Origin: a virus
Reading direction: 5' to 3' (one strand)
Length of the DNA stretch: 64,000 nucleotides
Virus record (IMG/VR): IMGVR_UViG_3300010048_000001
Span: 32,001-96,000 of that record
Shown: positions 19,974 to 29,475 of the stretch, piece by piece
Layout of the letters: every line of letters starts with the position of its first letter
Numbering within the stretch: the first letter of the stretch is position 1
The notes under the pieces: model-generated
What the model was told of the DNA's origin: nothing
What the model saw: only the letters and a program-made list of their open reading frames with translations
Database searches by the model: none
Program-made: the position numbers and the translations under genes

Positions 19974-20999
19974 TCATTGGATGGCACTATAGATCTTTCC
20001 CTGGTGCTCCCAATGCAGGGCATCGTGAATCAGCACCAATTCCGGCATCAGTAGCTCGCCATCGCGAAATCGTAGGATGACGAACCCGGAGCGCCAGTTA
20101 ACGGGATTCCCTTCTGTGTAATTGAATTGCGGACCATACGGCTGCGCCAGGGTGCCAGTTTCCACGCCCCAGCGAGTCCCATTGTAGTCGGTCCAAGGAA
20201 CGGCCTGAAGTCTGTGCAAATGGCCGGTAACCATGGATTTACCGGCGTCTTTAGCGTTGTTGTATGCCGCATGGATGCCGCCCTTGAACCTATGTTTTAC
20301 AATTACCGAATTATTTATCCATATCGACCAAGCGCACTCCCAATCAGGCAAGTGGTCTGAGAGGCTTACCCCTAACACACCCTCAAGCTCAGGAATACCG
20401 GCAACAATTTTCGTGTCGAATCTTATGTCATGGTTGCCGACTGTCCGGACCCAGCGAATCGCGTCCATACGTGTACGAGCGGCCCGGCGTAAAGCCGCTA
20501 GCCGCTGCTGACAGGCGCCAAGCTCCTCGACAACTGTCGGGCGTTTTTCCCACCCGAGCGGCGGATGGCGGCTAATGCTCGCGCCGTCGAATATGTCGCC
20601 ATTCAAAATAACCGCCTGAATCTCAGGCGCCATAGAAGCGATCACAAACTGAAACGCCCGCATCGCGGGCGTTGGTTCTCCAGGCCAGATGTGGGCGTCA
20701 GAGCCCACAAGGACAATTCCACTGTTGATTTTCAGATCTATCCGGCCAAGATGCGCAGGAACATAACTTTCTGCTTGCTTTTTCTTCGGCTTCTCTGGCT
20801 TAGCCTTTGCTGTTCTTCCCGGTGGATTGTATTCCGGAATAGGAATGTTGCGTGACTTAGCAACGAAACAGGTATGACGAAGCGCGCCGGTGGAAATGCC
20901 TAAAGCGAGCGCCGCCTTGGTTTGCGAACGATGCTCAGCTAATGCCGCCAAGCGGCGCTCAAGTTCCTCGCTTGAGATCGGTTTTTGGCCAACGGCCAT
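19974..20999 (-). CDS. Calcineurin-like metallophosphoesterase with N-terminal HTH
   Basis: SDAH, NGDIFD, GNHD and GHLH motifs; GAGGAGG SD. Confidence 0.88.
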   Translation of the reverse strand: MAVGQKPISSEELERRLAALAEHRSQTKAALALGISTGALRHTCFVAKSRNIPIPEYNPPGRTAKAKPEKPKKKQAESYVPAHLGRIDLKINSGIVLVGSDAHIWPGEPTPAMRAFQFVIASMAPEIQAVILNGDIFDGASISRHPPLGWEKRPTVVEELGACQQRLAALRRAARTRMDAIRWVRTVGNHDIRFDTKIVAGIPELEGVLGVSLSDHLPDWECAWSIWINNSVIVKHRFKGGIHAAYNNAKDAGKSMVTGHLHRLQAVPWTDYNGTRWGVETGTLAQPYGPQFNYTEGNPVNWRSGFVILRFRDGELLMPELVLIHDALHWEHQGKIYSAIQ

Positions 21000-21213
21000 C
21001 CGCCAATCCTCCTCGTCGAGGATCATATCACACAAACTGTTACAAAATCAATACGTTATGTTATAACGGCAAGATGTTAAGACGTTACGTACCCTACAGG
21101 CTCGGAAATCGATTTTAGCGCCCTCTGGTAAGCGAAACGCTCTGACCCTACTCGGACACGTCCGAGAGACGTTTTGCTCACAGGCGCCCGCCGCCGCGGG
21201 CGGGAAGCGATTT

Positions 21214-21846
21214 TCAGCGAAAGGAGACCTGGAAAACGTTCGACGAGGCCAAGCCCACAAAGCCGCTCGAATTCGCGGGGGCAGCAAGCGTGCCATCGGC
21301 GCGGATCAAAGCCGAGCCTTGCAACACAGCGGGAGCCTGTGGAACCAGCACGATCGAGGTTTTGCCATCGGTCGCGACCCCGATGGTGTTTCGGCCGATG
21401 CTCGTCATCGTAGGCAGCGTTATGGTGACGGTCCCGCCGCCCGAGGCTACCAAAACCGAGCCCCACTCGTTCGCCTGAACGGTATGTGCCCCGGTCACCG
21501 GCAGGAATTGGATAGGGCAGTTAATCGCATCGGTCCCGTTAGAGTACGCGTAAACCTGACAATCGCTGTTTGCCGGGCCAGCAAACGGCATCCCATCAAG
21601 CGTGGGCACACGAGTCGCGCGTGAGGCTCCTCCCGGTGTGATATCTTGAGCTGCCGCTCCCGCAGCCAGGACTATGACGAGCCACCACACGCCAACGGCT
21701 AGGGCGACCACGCCAACCATGCAAGCGCCCATGATTGCGTAGAAGCGCAGACGAGTCGCGCTCGCCCATCTGGCAAATCTCTCGGCGTTCATTAGAGAAA
21801 CAACGCTGACAATTTCGAGGCGATCGGGGTCCCAAGCCCGGTGCAT
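21214..21846 (-). CDS. Membrane-anchored or exported beta-rich protein
   Basis: Hydrophobic N-terminus followed by T/V/G-rich strands; true start uncertain. Confidence 0.5.
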   Translation of the reverse strand: MHRAWDPDRLEIVSVVSLMNAERFARWASATRLRFYAIMGACMVGVVALAVGVWWLVIVLAAGAAAQDITPGGASRATRVPTLDGMPFAGPANSDCQVYAYSNGTDAINCPIQFLPVTGAHTVQANEWGSVLVASGGGTVTITLPTMTSIGRNTIGVATDGKTSIVLVPQAPAVLQGSALIRADGTLAAPANSSGFVGLASSNVFQVSFR

Positions 21847-22904
21847 GGATCAGGCCCAACCTTTGCACGGTACAGGCCGTTATTCCCCATCGTGATGTCG
21901 TTGAAGGCGAGATGGTTCTGCCAGAGCGTCGGCGAGACGAAGCCTAACTTCTGTCCGAGAGCGGCAAATACGCCGGCGTACAACGGCGCAACGCAGCTTG
22001 TGCCGCCAAACACGTTATCCGTGCCGCCGAGGGTGATGTAGTAGCCGGTGCTGGGGTCGGCATTTCCAGCCACATCAGGCACCATCCGCATCGTCCCGGT
22101 CGCGCCTGCCATCCAAGTCGGCATAGGGAAGAATTTCGAATAGCCGCCGCCGGTCCCTTCTCCGTCAGGATTGCCGGGATTGTCGTTCCAGACCGTCTCC
22201 GGGTTCGTAAGGCTGGAGTTGTGCGGACGGTTTGTTCCGCCGCAGCCGATGACATGCGGCGCCGCCGCGGGAAGATCGACATTAGACCGCCCGGGTCCGC
22301 CGTCAGCGCTGTCATTGTCGCCTGACGCGGCAAAAATCACCATCCCATTTTGGGTTGCCGCAAGGGCCGCGGCCTCGAGCTGCATCGACGCAGCCTTGCC
22401 CCAACTGACTTCGTCTGATCCCCAGCTGATGCTGCACACATCGCAACCGTCCGCCGCAGCCCGCATAATCCCGTTCGTGATCGCGTCCAGGGTGTTAGCT
22501 GCCCAATACACCCGGATCGTAGCCGGCAAGCCAGAGGCAGCGAAGAAAGCCGCGGCGGCGATCTGGATGTCCAGCGTCACCTCAGCCGAGGCGGGGTCCG
22601 TGACGTCCTGGTTGTTCATCGCCGTACCGTCAACGGAGAAATCCCCGATCTTCGGAAGCGGCTGGCTGAGTCCTCCAAAAAAGCGGCCCATGTCCTCCCA
22701 TTTCCAGCCACCGCCGAGCTCGATAATCCCGATGCGGCCCGTCTTTGCTACGCCGGCCGGCCACGTTTGCCACCCGTAGGATGCCATCAGCTGCGGCACC
22801 CGCCACGGAGCGCGAGAGGAGACGCGCGGGAATTTGATGTACGGGTGCATAAGGCCCCGCCGCTTCAGGTCGGCGATGTAAGCGCGATGGGGTTCGTAGT
22901 TCAT
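21792..22904 (-). CDS. S53 family serine-carboxyl peptidase (kumamolisin/sedolisin-like), lacking pro-domain
   Basis: GIIELGGG; EVTLD (catalytic E/D); SISWG; ASGD (oxyanion); PDVAGNADP; GGTS (catalytic S); DPCTGLGTP. Confidence 0.92.
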   Translation of the reverse strand: MNYEPHRAYIADLKRRGLMHPYIKFPRVSSRAPWRVPQLMASYGWQTWPAGVAKTGRIGIIELGGGWKWEDMGRFFGGLSQPLPKIGDFSVDGTAMNNQDVTDPASAEVTLDIQIAAAAFFAASGLPATIRVYWAANTLDAITNGIMRAAADGCDVCSISWGSDEVSWGKAASMQLEAAALAATQNGMVIFAASGDNDSADGGPGRSNVDLPAAAPHVIGCGGTNRPHNSSLTNPETVWNDNPGNPDGEGTGGGYSKFFPMPTWMAGATGTMRMVPDVAGNADPSTGYYITLGGTDNVFGGTSCVAPLYAGVFAALGQKLGFVSPTLWQNHLAFNDITMGNNGLYRAKVGPDPCTGLGTPIASKLSALFL

Positions 22905-23245
22905 GTAATCACCGCTGTTTCTGCGTTGAAATTGCCCGTCTCGTGCATTCCCACTTCGATGCAGTGCACGAGGAGCTTGGTCGGCCCGTAGGGGAAGGTG
23001 GCGATGTATTTCTTGAACTCCGGCGGCACCGGCTCGCCGTCTGGGACTATCTGGAACATCCGCGTGTGCGTTCCGGTAACGACTGGCGGATCGTCGACCA
23101 ACAGAATTACCGCAATCTGCTGCCCGACATCCTCCGGCGCGTTCTCGTAGAACTTCAGCGACACGCTCTCCGCATGGTTCGGGATCACCAGCGTCGCGTT
23201 CCCGCTCGCGTCAAAGGTCGAGATCACTCGGGTGATGATCTTCAT
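22901..23245 (-). CDS. Hypothetical phage protein
   Basis: ATGA overlap with the HNH stop (MKIITRV...). Confidence 0.6.
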   Translation of the reverse strand: MKIITRVISTFDASGNATLVIPNHAESVSLKFYENAPEDVGQQIAVILLVDDPPVVTGTHTRMFQIVPDGEPVPPEFKKYIATFPYGPTKLLVHCIEVGMHETGNFNAETAVIT

Positions 23246-23958
23246 AGGAGAAGTTCCAGCTTCGCGTGCTTCGCGATATTTTCCTTTGCCCAGAGCGGGC
23301 GAAGGTTGGTGAAACGAAAACACGCTTTCTGTTGGTTAGGATCGGTTAGATCGAAGGAGGCACACGGGCGGATGTGTTCGATATGCCACGCCGCACGGTT
23401 GTCCCAAGACATCCCCTTCAGGAATTGGCGCTCAAGGTGGGCCATCAATTGTTCGATTGAACAGCCGACTAGCTCAGCAGTTTTCTTGTCCTTGCGGCCG
23501 TTCCCGTGATCCCTCACGGCCCTTCCTATACGCTTGCGGAGCCGGTCGGCTACAGCATAGGCAGGATCTTCTGCCTTCCTCTGACGCCGGGTCGCATTTC
23601 TCTTCTCTTTGTATTCCGGCGTTCTTTTGCGCGCATTCTCGATTTCACGGATCGATTTTTTATAAGTCCTGATTTTCTCTTTATGGCGCTGAGCATGTGC
23701 TCGGTATTCTTCTGCGTGGCCCTCGCATAAAGTACGGCCAGGTACGGCGGGACATTTGCATTTAACGCAGAGCCCAGCCGCCTTATGGCGAGCAATCCTC
23801 ATCAGTCGGTTGGAGCGGTCTTTTGCTGTAGGCTGCTTTTTGTGGTTCCCACACAAGATGCGGCCAGGGATCGCGGGCTTGCCACATTGCGGGCACAGAC
23901 CAGCGTCTCGCCGTTGTATGTGCAAAGCCCTCATCATCCCTAATGTCCCTGCGACCAC
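23242..23958 (-). CDS. HNH endonuclease (endonuclease VII-like) with two N-terminal Zn-finger repeats
   Basis: Two copies of GLCxxC..A.PGRxLCxxH; GCSIEQL..GMSWDN..WHIEHIRPCASFDL..NLRPLW..EN..K. Confidence 0.85.
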   Translation of the reverse strand: MVAGTLGMMRALHIQRRDAGLCPQCGKPAIPGRILCGNHKKQPTAKDRSNRLMRIARHKAAGLCVKCKCPAVPGRTLCEGHAEEYRAHAQRHKEKIRTYKKSIREIENARKRTPEYKEKRNATRRQRKAEDPAYAVADRLRKRIGRAVRDHGNGRKDKKTAELVGCSIEQLMAHLERQFLKGMSWDNRAAWHIEHIRPCASFDLTDPNQQKACFRFTNLRPLWAKENIAKHAKLELLL

Positions 23959-25061
23959 AAGTCCAGGCGCGTAAGCGTCCCGTCCTCATCCCGGCTCTTG
24001 GCGATCTGACGGAGATTGTCCCGTAAAATCACATACGCTTCGGACCCGTCATCATGGAGAATCGGCAGCCCCTGAGCATCACGTCGAAGATGGACTATCG
24101 GATCAAATCCGGCCTCTCCCAGCAAGATATGCTTTCGTGCGTAAGCGCGCCGCCGTTTATCTCCGTGGAAGTTATGCAATACGGTGCCAGAAATACTGCC
24201 AATATTTCTTCTAATATAACGCTTACATCTGTCGGCCCACGCCATTACCATGGCTTTGTAGTTTGGATGCAGACCCGCATGCAGCCCATTCTCGGGCTTG
24301 TCAAGCAAACACCAGGCTTGTACGTGATCTGCCCCGCCCCAAATGTGATGCTCCTGGAACCCCCCTACCGCCTCAAAGGCTTTCTTGCTAAAGGCCCACG
24401 CAATGCCCGGCCATACTCTTGGGGGATACGGGATCGTGCCGGTGGTCGCCAGATTAATGTTTAGCGAATCCAGCGCTCCAACTTCATTTACTTTTTGCTC
24501 TACGGTGCCTTTTACCTGATATATTTGATTCGTGTGAAAGTGAACGAAACCAGGCCCATCCGCATGCGGGAAATCCTGAGGCATCAACTCGTAGTCGGAG
24601 GTAATGTCTCGCGCATGGGAAAACATCTGGACAAAATCGAATATTTGCAGAGCTTGAATCGTGTGACCAATCACGTTCGGCCTGACAAACTGCGTATCCG
24701 CGTCTATCAAGGCGCCGTTTTGCCAATCATACGGGAAATGCTGAACCCCGATATTGGCGGATGCTTCTTTGAGCCACAATTCCGATAACGAGCGGAGTTG
24801 GATGTACCTGTGCCTAAACCTATGATCCTGCCCAAGGACACCGCAATTGGCAGGCATACCATCGAGGCCGCTATCTGTAAAAACGAATTCGCGCCGATTA
24901 AAGGCGATCTCGATTAAGTAAACAACGGCGCCGGCATCCATAAGATGCTTGATCGCACGTACCGCATGCTTATAGCGGCTGCGCCAGCGCCAAACATTCT
25001 GAACGGGTACCAAGCAATAGAGCGGCTCCCGAACTTCGTCTTTCGAAATAAGTACAGACAT
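23940..25061 (-). CDS. Glycosyltransferase-like protein (GT-A fold)
   Basis: LWLKE..NIG, IDAD (DxD), PGIAWA, GGAD, HNFHG. Confidence 0.65.
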   Translation of the reverse strand: MSVLISKDEVREPLYCLVPVQNVWRWRSRYKHAVRAIKHLMDAGAVVYLIEIAFNRREFVFTDSGLDGMPANCGVLGQDHRFRHRYIQLRSLSELWLKEASANIGVQHFPYDWQNGALIDADTQFVRPNVIGHTIQALQIFDFVQMFSHARDITSDYELMPQDFPHADGPGFVHFHTNQIYQVKGTVEQKVNEVGALDSLNINLATTGTIPYPPRVWPGIAWAFSKKAFEAVGGFQEHHIWGGADHVQAWCLLDKPENGLHAGLHPNYKAMVMAWADRCKRYIRRNIGSISGTVLHNFHGDKRRRAYARKHILLGEAGFDPIVHLRRDAQGLPILHDDGSEAYVILRDNLRQIAKSRDEDGTLTRLDLWSQGH

Positions 25062-25191
25062 ATCTTAAAGCCTTCCCCGAACAGAGCCTGCGACGCTTCG
25101 TGAGCGAGTCCCGAAGGGGTGACGCGACCCACTCTGCCGGGGAAGCAAGGGGAGCCGCGCGTCGCAGTTTCGCGGCTGGTTCATTGCGGGA

Positions 25192-25503
25192 TTACGGACC
25201 GGTAATAACCGCTGTGTCCGGGTTGAAATCGCCAGTTTCGGCAACCGGAACGGCTTGCACGATGACGACCATCGGAGCAACAACGCAGGGCCCGACAAGC
25301 GGCGCTACGCTGGTACCGGTATAGGTCATATTCGCAGTGCCGGGGCTGACGGCCACGACCGTCCAGGTAACCATGTCGGCTGCTAGCGCGATGGTGGCCA
25401 CTGCGGCATTGTCGCTAGCAACGGCGCCGTCGGGCGGCGGGGCTGCGCTAAAGGTGAGCGCGTTAACGGCCTGTTGGCCTACAGTCAGGGTCGGAAGTGC
25501 CAT
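25192..25503 (-). CDS. Small Ig-like beta-rich protein
   Basis: SDNAAVATI..VVAVSPGTANMT pattern resembling Big_2 domains. Confidence 0.55.
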   Translation of the reverse strand: MALPTLTVGQQAVNALTFSAAPPPDGAVASDNAAVATIALAADMVTWTVVAVSPGTANMTYTGTSVAPLVGPCVVAPMVVIVQAVPVAETGDFNPDTAVITGP

Positions 25504-25577
25504 GGAGGGTACGTTTCCTTTCTCCTCTCGTCTTCGAGAGGCCCCGAATTGTACCCGATTTTCGTTACGATGTCATG

Positions 25578-25847
25578 TCAGGGTCCGGCCGGCGCCGCGC
25601 GCTTCAAATGCCTCTCGACGTGGTTCGACAGCTCGTCGACGCTCTGCTGTACCTTGTCGATCGCCTCCAAGGCCGAATCGTCCTCTTCAGGGGAGGCGTC
25701 GTCGGGGACATCTCGCTTTCGGTGATGCCGCGGCGGCGGCTCGTCCGGCAACGCCATCTGGGGCAACGCCGGCGGGGGTAAGGCCCCTTGCTGGCTCGCG
25801 CAGCCCACCAACAGCAGCGCCAGGAGAAGAGCAATCCTCATGTGCAC
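25578..25847 (-). CDS. Lipoprotein (possible spanin component)
   Basis: Lipobox LVGC; Pro-rich then coiled coil. Confidence 0.55.
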   Translation of the reverse strand: MHMRIALLLALLLVGCASQQGALPPPALPQMALPDEPPPRHHRKRDVPDDASPEEDDSALEAIDKVQQSVDELSNHVERHLKRAAPAGP

Positions 25848-26188
25848 GCCGGCTCCCAGACTGGCAATCCGGCACGACGGGATCTCATAATCATGTCCGC
25901 AGTTCCCTTGCCCCCAGGAAAGGCAATCACGCCGTCCGGCTTACCTTCATCGATCATTTGCTGGTTCCGGACCACACCTGCCCGCCGTCCGTGTTCGTCC
26001 CATTGCGCTGGATACGAGACACAGGGGATACCCCTCTCCTCAGCCCACTGACACGCGAGGTAATCCGCACCTCTTGCCGCGCCCTGAATGACGAAGTCTA
26101 TCCCACGTCTTGAGTGCACTCGATCCAAGGCATTGAACACCGCTCGACGATCACGGAAATCACGACCACCGCAGACCAGTATCCTCAT
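25838..26188 (-). CDS. YspA/SLOG family protein (DUF2493-like)
   Basis: MRILVCGGRDF, QGAARGAD, AGVVRNQQM, AFPGGKGTADM. Confidence 0.9.
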   Translation of the reverse strand: MRILVCGGRDFRDRRAVFNALDRVHSRRGIDFVIQGAARGADYLACQWAEERGIPCVSYPAQWDEHGRRAGVVRNQQMIDEGKPDGVIAFPGGKGTADMIMRSRRAGLPVWEPACT

Positions 26189-26538
26189 TTGCGCTTCATC
26201 GCCTGCATTTTCAGATCGGTGCGCAACTCATTCAGTGCAGTGTTTATTTTGTCGAGCGAGTCGCGCAAATACGTCGAGAGATCGTGATCCTCTGCCTTTA
26301 ACTCGGCCAGCGATTTCTCAGCAATCGTCACTCGGACATCCATCGCCCCATATCTCGCGCTCATGTCCTGATGTAGCGCTTCGAGTTCCTGGTGCGTTAT
26401 GACGAACGCAGTAGCCAGGCCCAGCAGGAACACAATCTGCAGAACATTCACGACATGAGCATAGCCGACGTTGTTGGGCTGCTTAGCCGCAGAGATTTGG
26501 TCATCGATCATATTGTCGGCCATCTTGTTCGAGTTCAT
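26185..26538 (-). CDS. Single-TM coiled-coil membrane protein
   Basis: One hydrophobic helix followed by heptad repeats. Confidence 0.6.
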   Translation of the reverse strand: MNSNKMADNMIDDQISAAKQPNNVGYAHVVNVLQIVFLLGLATAFVITHQELEALHQDMSARYGAMDVRVTIAEKSLAELKAEDHDLSTYLRDSLDKINTALNELRTDLKMQAMKRK

Positions 26539-26782
26539 GGAGAAGTCTCATATTCTGTCTCTGCAAGAGCTGGCGCTCACGTTCACATTGCCTGACATGC
26601 TCGAGGGCTTCGTCGCGCTCACGGCGCGCATCATCCCGATCTTTCCGCATACGCTCGAGCTCGTCACTCAGCTCGTCCTCCGAATCTTTTTTCGCGGTCC
26701 GCGATAATTGGAAATATCCGTTGAGCAGCGTCAGCGCCGCCACAACAAGCGCTCCCCCGGAAATGATCAGTGATGCGTCCAC
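26501..26782 (-). CDS. Single-TM coiled-coil membrane protein (holin/spanin-region type)
   Basis: N-terminal TM followed by a charged coiled coil. Confidence 0.6.
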   Translation of the reverse strand: MDASLIISGGALVVAALTLLNGYFQLSRTAKKDSEDELSDELERMRKDRDDARRERDEALEHVRQCERERQLLQRQNMRLLHELEQDGRQYDR

Positions 26783-27181
26783 TTAGCGCCCACTCGAACT
26801 ACGGATCACCGCGCCCGTATGGGCGAAAGCTAGGCCAATCCAGCCGATCTGATCGTTCAGGATAAATTCCCAGGGCCGCTGGGTTCCATCCGCGTAGGTC
26901 TGCTGAACCACACACCACGCGACAAATCCGGCAACGATCACAAGGATGAATTGCTGCGGACCTAGCAATGCGAGCCGGACAAAGGGCGAAAGCCTCCGAT
27001 TGAAGACCGACAACAGGGCTATGTCCGCACACGCCATCATCGCCAGCGACACGAACATGCGATCACTGCCATCGGCCGCAAGGTTGTCCGCTACCCACAT
27101 CAGGCTCGCCAATGCGATCCCATCGCCCGAATGCGGGAACAGCAAAAGCAGCCACGCCTGGATAAGATGAACCAGCGACAC
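26783..27181 (-). CDS. Multi-pass membrane protein (holin candidate)
   Basis: About 4 hydrophobic segments; first gene of the late membrane cluster. Confidence 0.5.
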   Translation of the reverse strand: MSLVHLIQAWLLLLFPHSGDGIALASLMWVADNLAADGSDRMFVSLAMMACADIALLSVFNRRLSPFVRLALLGPQQFILVIVAGFVAWCVVQQTYADGTQRPWEFILNDQIGWIGLAFAHTGAVIRSSSGR

Positions 27182-27560
27182 CGTCGCAATCGTGAACGCG
27201 CCCGGATGGCCGATCGCTTCCCGTATTTCAGCCAGGAATTTCAGTGTGTACCTTCATGCCCGAAAAATTCTCCGGTGGGAGGATTTTAGGGCCGAGGTGT
27301 CGGGCTCAGCCGTTAATCATTTGAACTAGCACGATTAACGGGATTGTGTCGAGAGAAGGCTTACGCCGCAGGCTTATGCCGCCCCAGCATATCGATCGCT
27401 GTAGGTGCCGAAGCTTCTTGACAGGGAATATGGCCGCCGTCATCCCTGGCGTTGAGGCACCAGCAGCCGGTGTTGGTCCCCTTAATGATCGTGAAACAGA
27501 TCCGACGAAGGCGCCACAGAGCCTCTATGTCGAAGGAATCGGCTACGGGCTCCGGCATAA

Positions 27561-27824
27561 CTATGCATCCCGGTATGAGTAGCGAGCGTCGCCTACCTTA
27601 CCGGGATCAATCACCAGGACTCGGCTCACGCACTGCAGCGTTACGTCGTTGCCATTGTCATCGCGCGAATAGCACCAGCATCTGCCATATTCCGCGCTCG
27701 CAGCATTGGAGAGATTGCTTTTCGAGAAGCAGCATCGCATCCGTATGGCAGCTAACCGCGCCATCCTTTCGCCGATGAAATCGGCATCGTGGCACACCTG
27801 GTCCCCCATAGCACAGCCTACCAA
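27561..27824 (-). CDS. Hypothetical protein
   Basis: Follows ssb; DADFI..RM..L motif similar to the 31634-31876 product. Confidence 0.5.
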   Translation of the reverse strand: MVGCAMGDQVCHDADFIGERMARLAAIRMRCCFSKSNLSNAASAEYGRCWCYSRDDNGNDVTLQCVSRVLVIDPGKVGDARYSYRDA

Positions 27825-27827
27825 CCG

Positions 27828-28295
27828 TTAGAACGGCACATCATCGAGATCATTGGCTTGATACTCCGCAGGCAAATCCCCGGCCGTAGCGCCATTCTGT
27901 CGAGACGGTGGACGAGTGCCTGAGCGCTCAGACGATTGGGAGCGCCCCGGACCGTCAAGCATCTGCATCTTCGCATCAAACCCAGACAGCACGATTTCAG
28001 TGGTGAAACGATCCTTGCCGGTCTGGTCAGTCCATTTTCGCGTTTGAACTTTGCCCTGGACGAAAAGCTTGGAGCCTTTGGTGACGTAGGCTTGCACCAC
28101 CTTGATGAGCCCTTCACTCCGAATGATGATGTTGTGCCATTCCGTCCGTTCCTTGCGCTCACCGGTGTTGCGATCCCGCCAGCTCTCCGTTGTTGCGAGA
28201 CTGAATGTCGCAATTTGCGTGCCGTTACTCAGCGACCGAATTTCCGGATCCCGCCCGACGTTTCCGATCAGCATCGCGCAGTTCAAGGATGCCAA
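27828..28295 (-). CDS. ssb: Single-stranded DNA-binding protein
   Basis: LIGNVGRDPE, ATTESWRD..GERKERTEWH, KGSKL, C-terminal DDVPF. Confidence 0.97.
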   Translation of the reverse strand: MASLNCAMLIGNVGRDPEIRSLSNGTQIATFSLATTESWRDRNTGERKERTEWHNIIIRSEGLIKVVQAYVTKGSKLFVQGKVQTRKWTDQTGKDRFTTEIVLSGFDAKMQMLDGPGRSQSSERSGTRPPSRQNGATAGDLPAEYQANDLDDVPF

Positions 28296-28296
28296 G

Positions 28297-28797
28297 TCAT
28301 GCCTCCAAAAGAATCTCGGATAGATCTTTGTTCAATGCAGCATTCGGCACGAACCACGCCGGCGGCCGGTTGGACTCAGATCGCAGCCAATGGTCCTGCT
28401 TGGCATCAGCCCCGGATATCCATCCGAGGACCCGAAAATGGGGAGACCGCCCCGCAACCAGGACGAAATAATCAAGCGGATGGTCGGTATCTCGTACAAT
28501 CAATGTTCCAAATCCATCGGGCGGCTTTGGTGCCCGACAGGGTGCGGTTCTGATTTGCAGATTGTGCCTGACATCGGCGTGCTTGAACGTGTTCACCGAC
28601 TCTGACCAGACAATCCCTGTCGCTTTGCAGAAAGCCGCCTCACCGGCCGCACCGGGCAAATCCGGAGCTAGCGGATCTCCCACATAGCCGTGCCGCTGCG
28701 TAAATGTGCAGGACGCAGCATTGCGTTTCTCGGCAACCTTAACGCTCCGAGCCACCTCGTCGTCAGTCAACGTCACATCGATCGGAGCCACTAACAC
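28297..28797 (-). CDS. Hypothetical phage protein (possible nuclease fold)
   Basis: GAAGE.A, D...QIRT and GWI.G..A pattern common in phage replication modules. Confidence 0.6.
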   Translation of the reverse strand: MLVAPIDVTLTDDEVARSVKVAEKRNAASCTFTQRHGYVGDPLAPDLPGAAGEAAFCKATGIVWSESVNTFKHADVRHNLQIRTAPCRAPKPPDGFGTLIVRDTDHPLDYFVLVAGRSPHFRVLGWISGADAKQDHWLRSESNRPPAWFVPNAALNKDLSEILLEA

Positions 28798-28899
28798 CAG
28801 CTGACTTTCCCTATGGCGGATTCGATCCCCTCAGTTTGCTCGGACGCAGCCGCGCCAGTGCGGCGCGGCGTGGGGCGAAGCGAGCCTAGTCGCGAGCGG

Positions 28900-29460
28900 A
28901 GCACGAAACGGGACGGCTCATTTTGTACCCTCATAGACTCTCTGTACCACAGACTCTGGGTAATTAGTACCCTTTATTTTTTATACTCTCTCTTGAGAGG
29001 TAAGAATCCTTAATCCGCGCGCCCGCTATATACGCGCACGCGTATCAACCGTGACGAGTGAGTGGTTTGGGAAATTGCTCTTAATGCAAGCGCAGCGCAA
29101 GCGCAGCGACGCATCTGACATAATTCCTCCTAACTTCAATGTGTTAAGCATTGTACAGAAAAATTATGGCGCTTTGGAGAAAACTGCAAGCGCAGTGCAA
29201 GCGCAGGCGCAAGCGCAGACAATACGCCCCGCCACACCCAAAACTCACAACTACAGATGGAAACCATTGATTTACTTCATAAAAGCGCTTGCGCTTACGA
29301 ATCGATATATCTTTTCGTAAGCGCAAAGCCGGTTGCAGGCAATTCGCTAGAGAAATCCTGGCGATTCCGTATTGTACAGAAAAATAATGGCGCTTACGGA
29401 ACTTAAAGTTGTAAGAGAAAAGCGCCAGTAAAATTATGTACAATAGGAACGCGGAGGGGC
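28900..29460. other. Putative replication origin with iterons
   Basis: AT-rich; GCAAGCGCAG at 29086, 29097, 29186, 29197 and 29209; 25-bp repeat at 29150 and 29371; directly downstream of the helicase. Confidence 0.7.
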
Positions 29461-29475
29461 CTTTATGTCCTCCGA

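Noticed and set aside
29086-29395. Repeats as a CRISPR array
   Set aside because: The units are 10 bp and nearly abutting, or only two copies 221 bp apart. There are no regular spacers and no cas genes.
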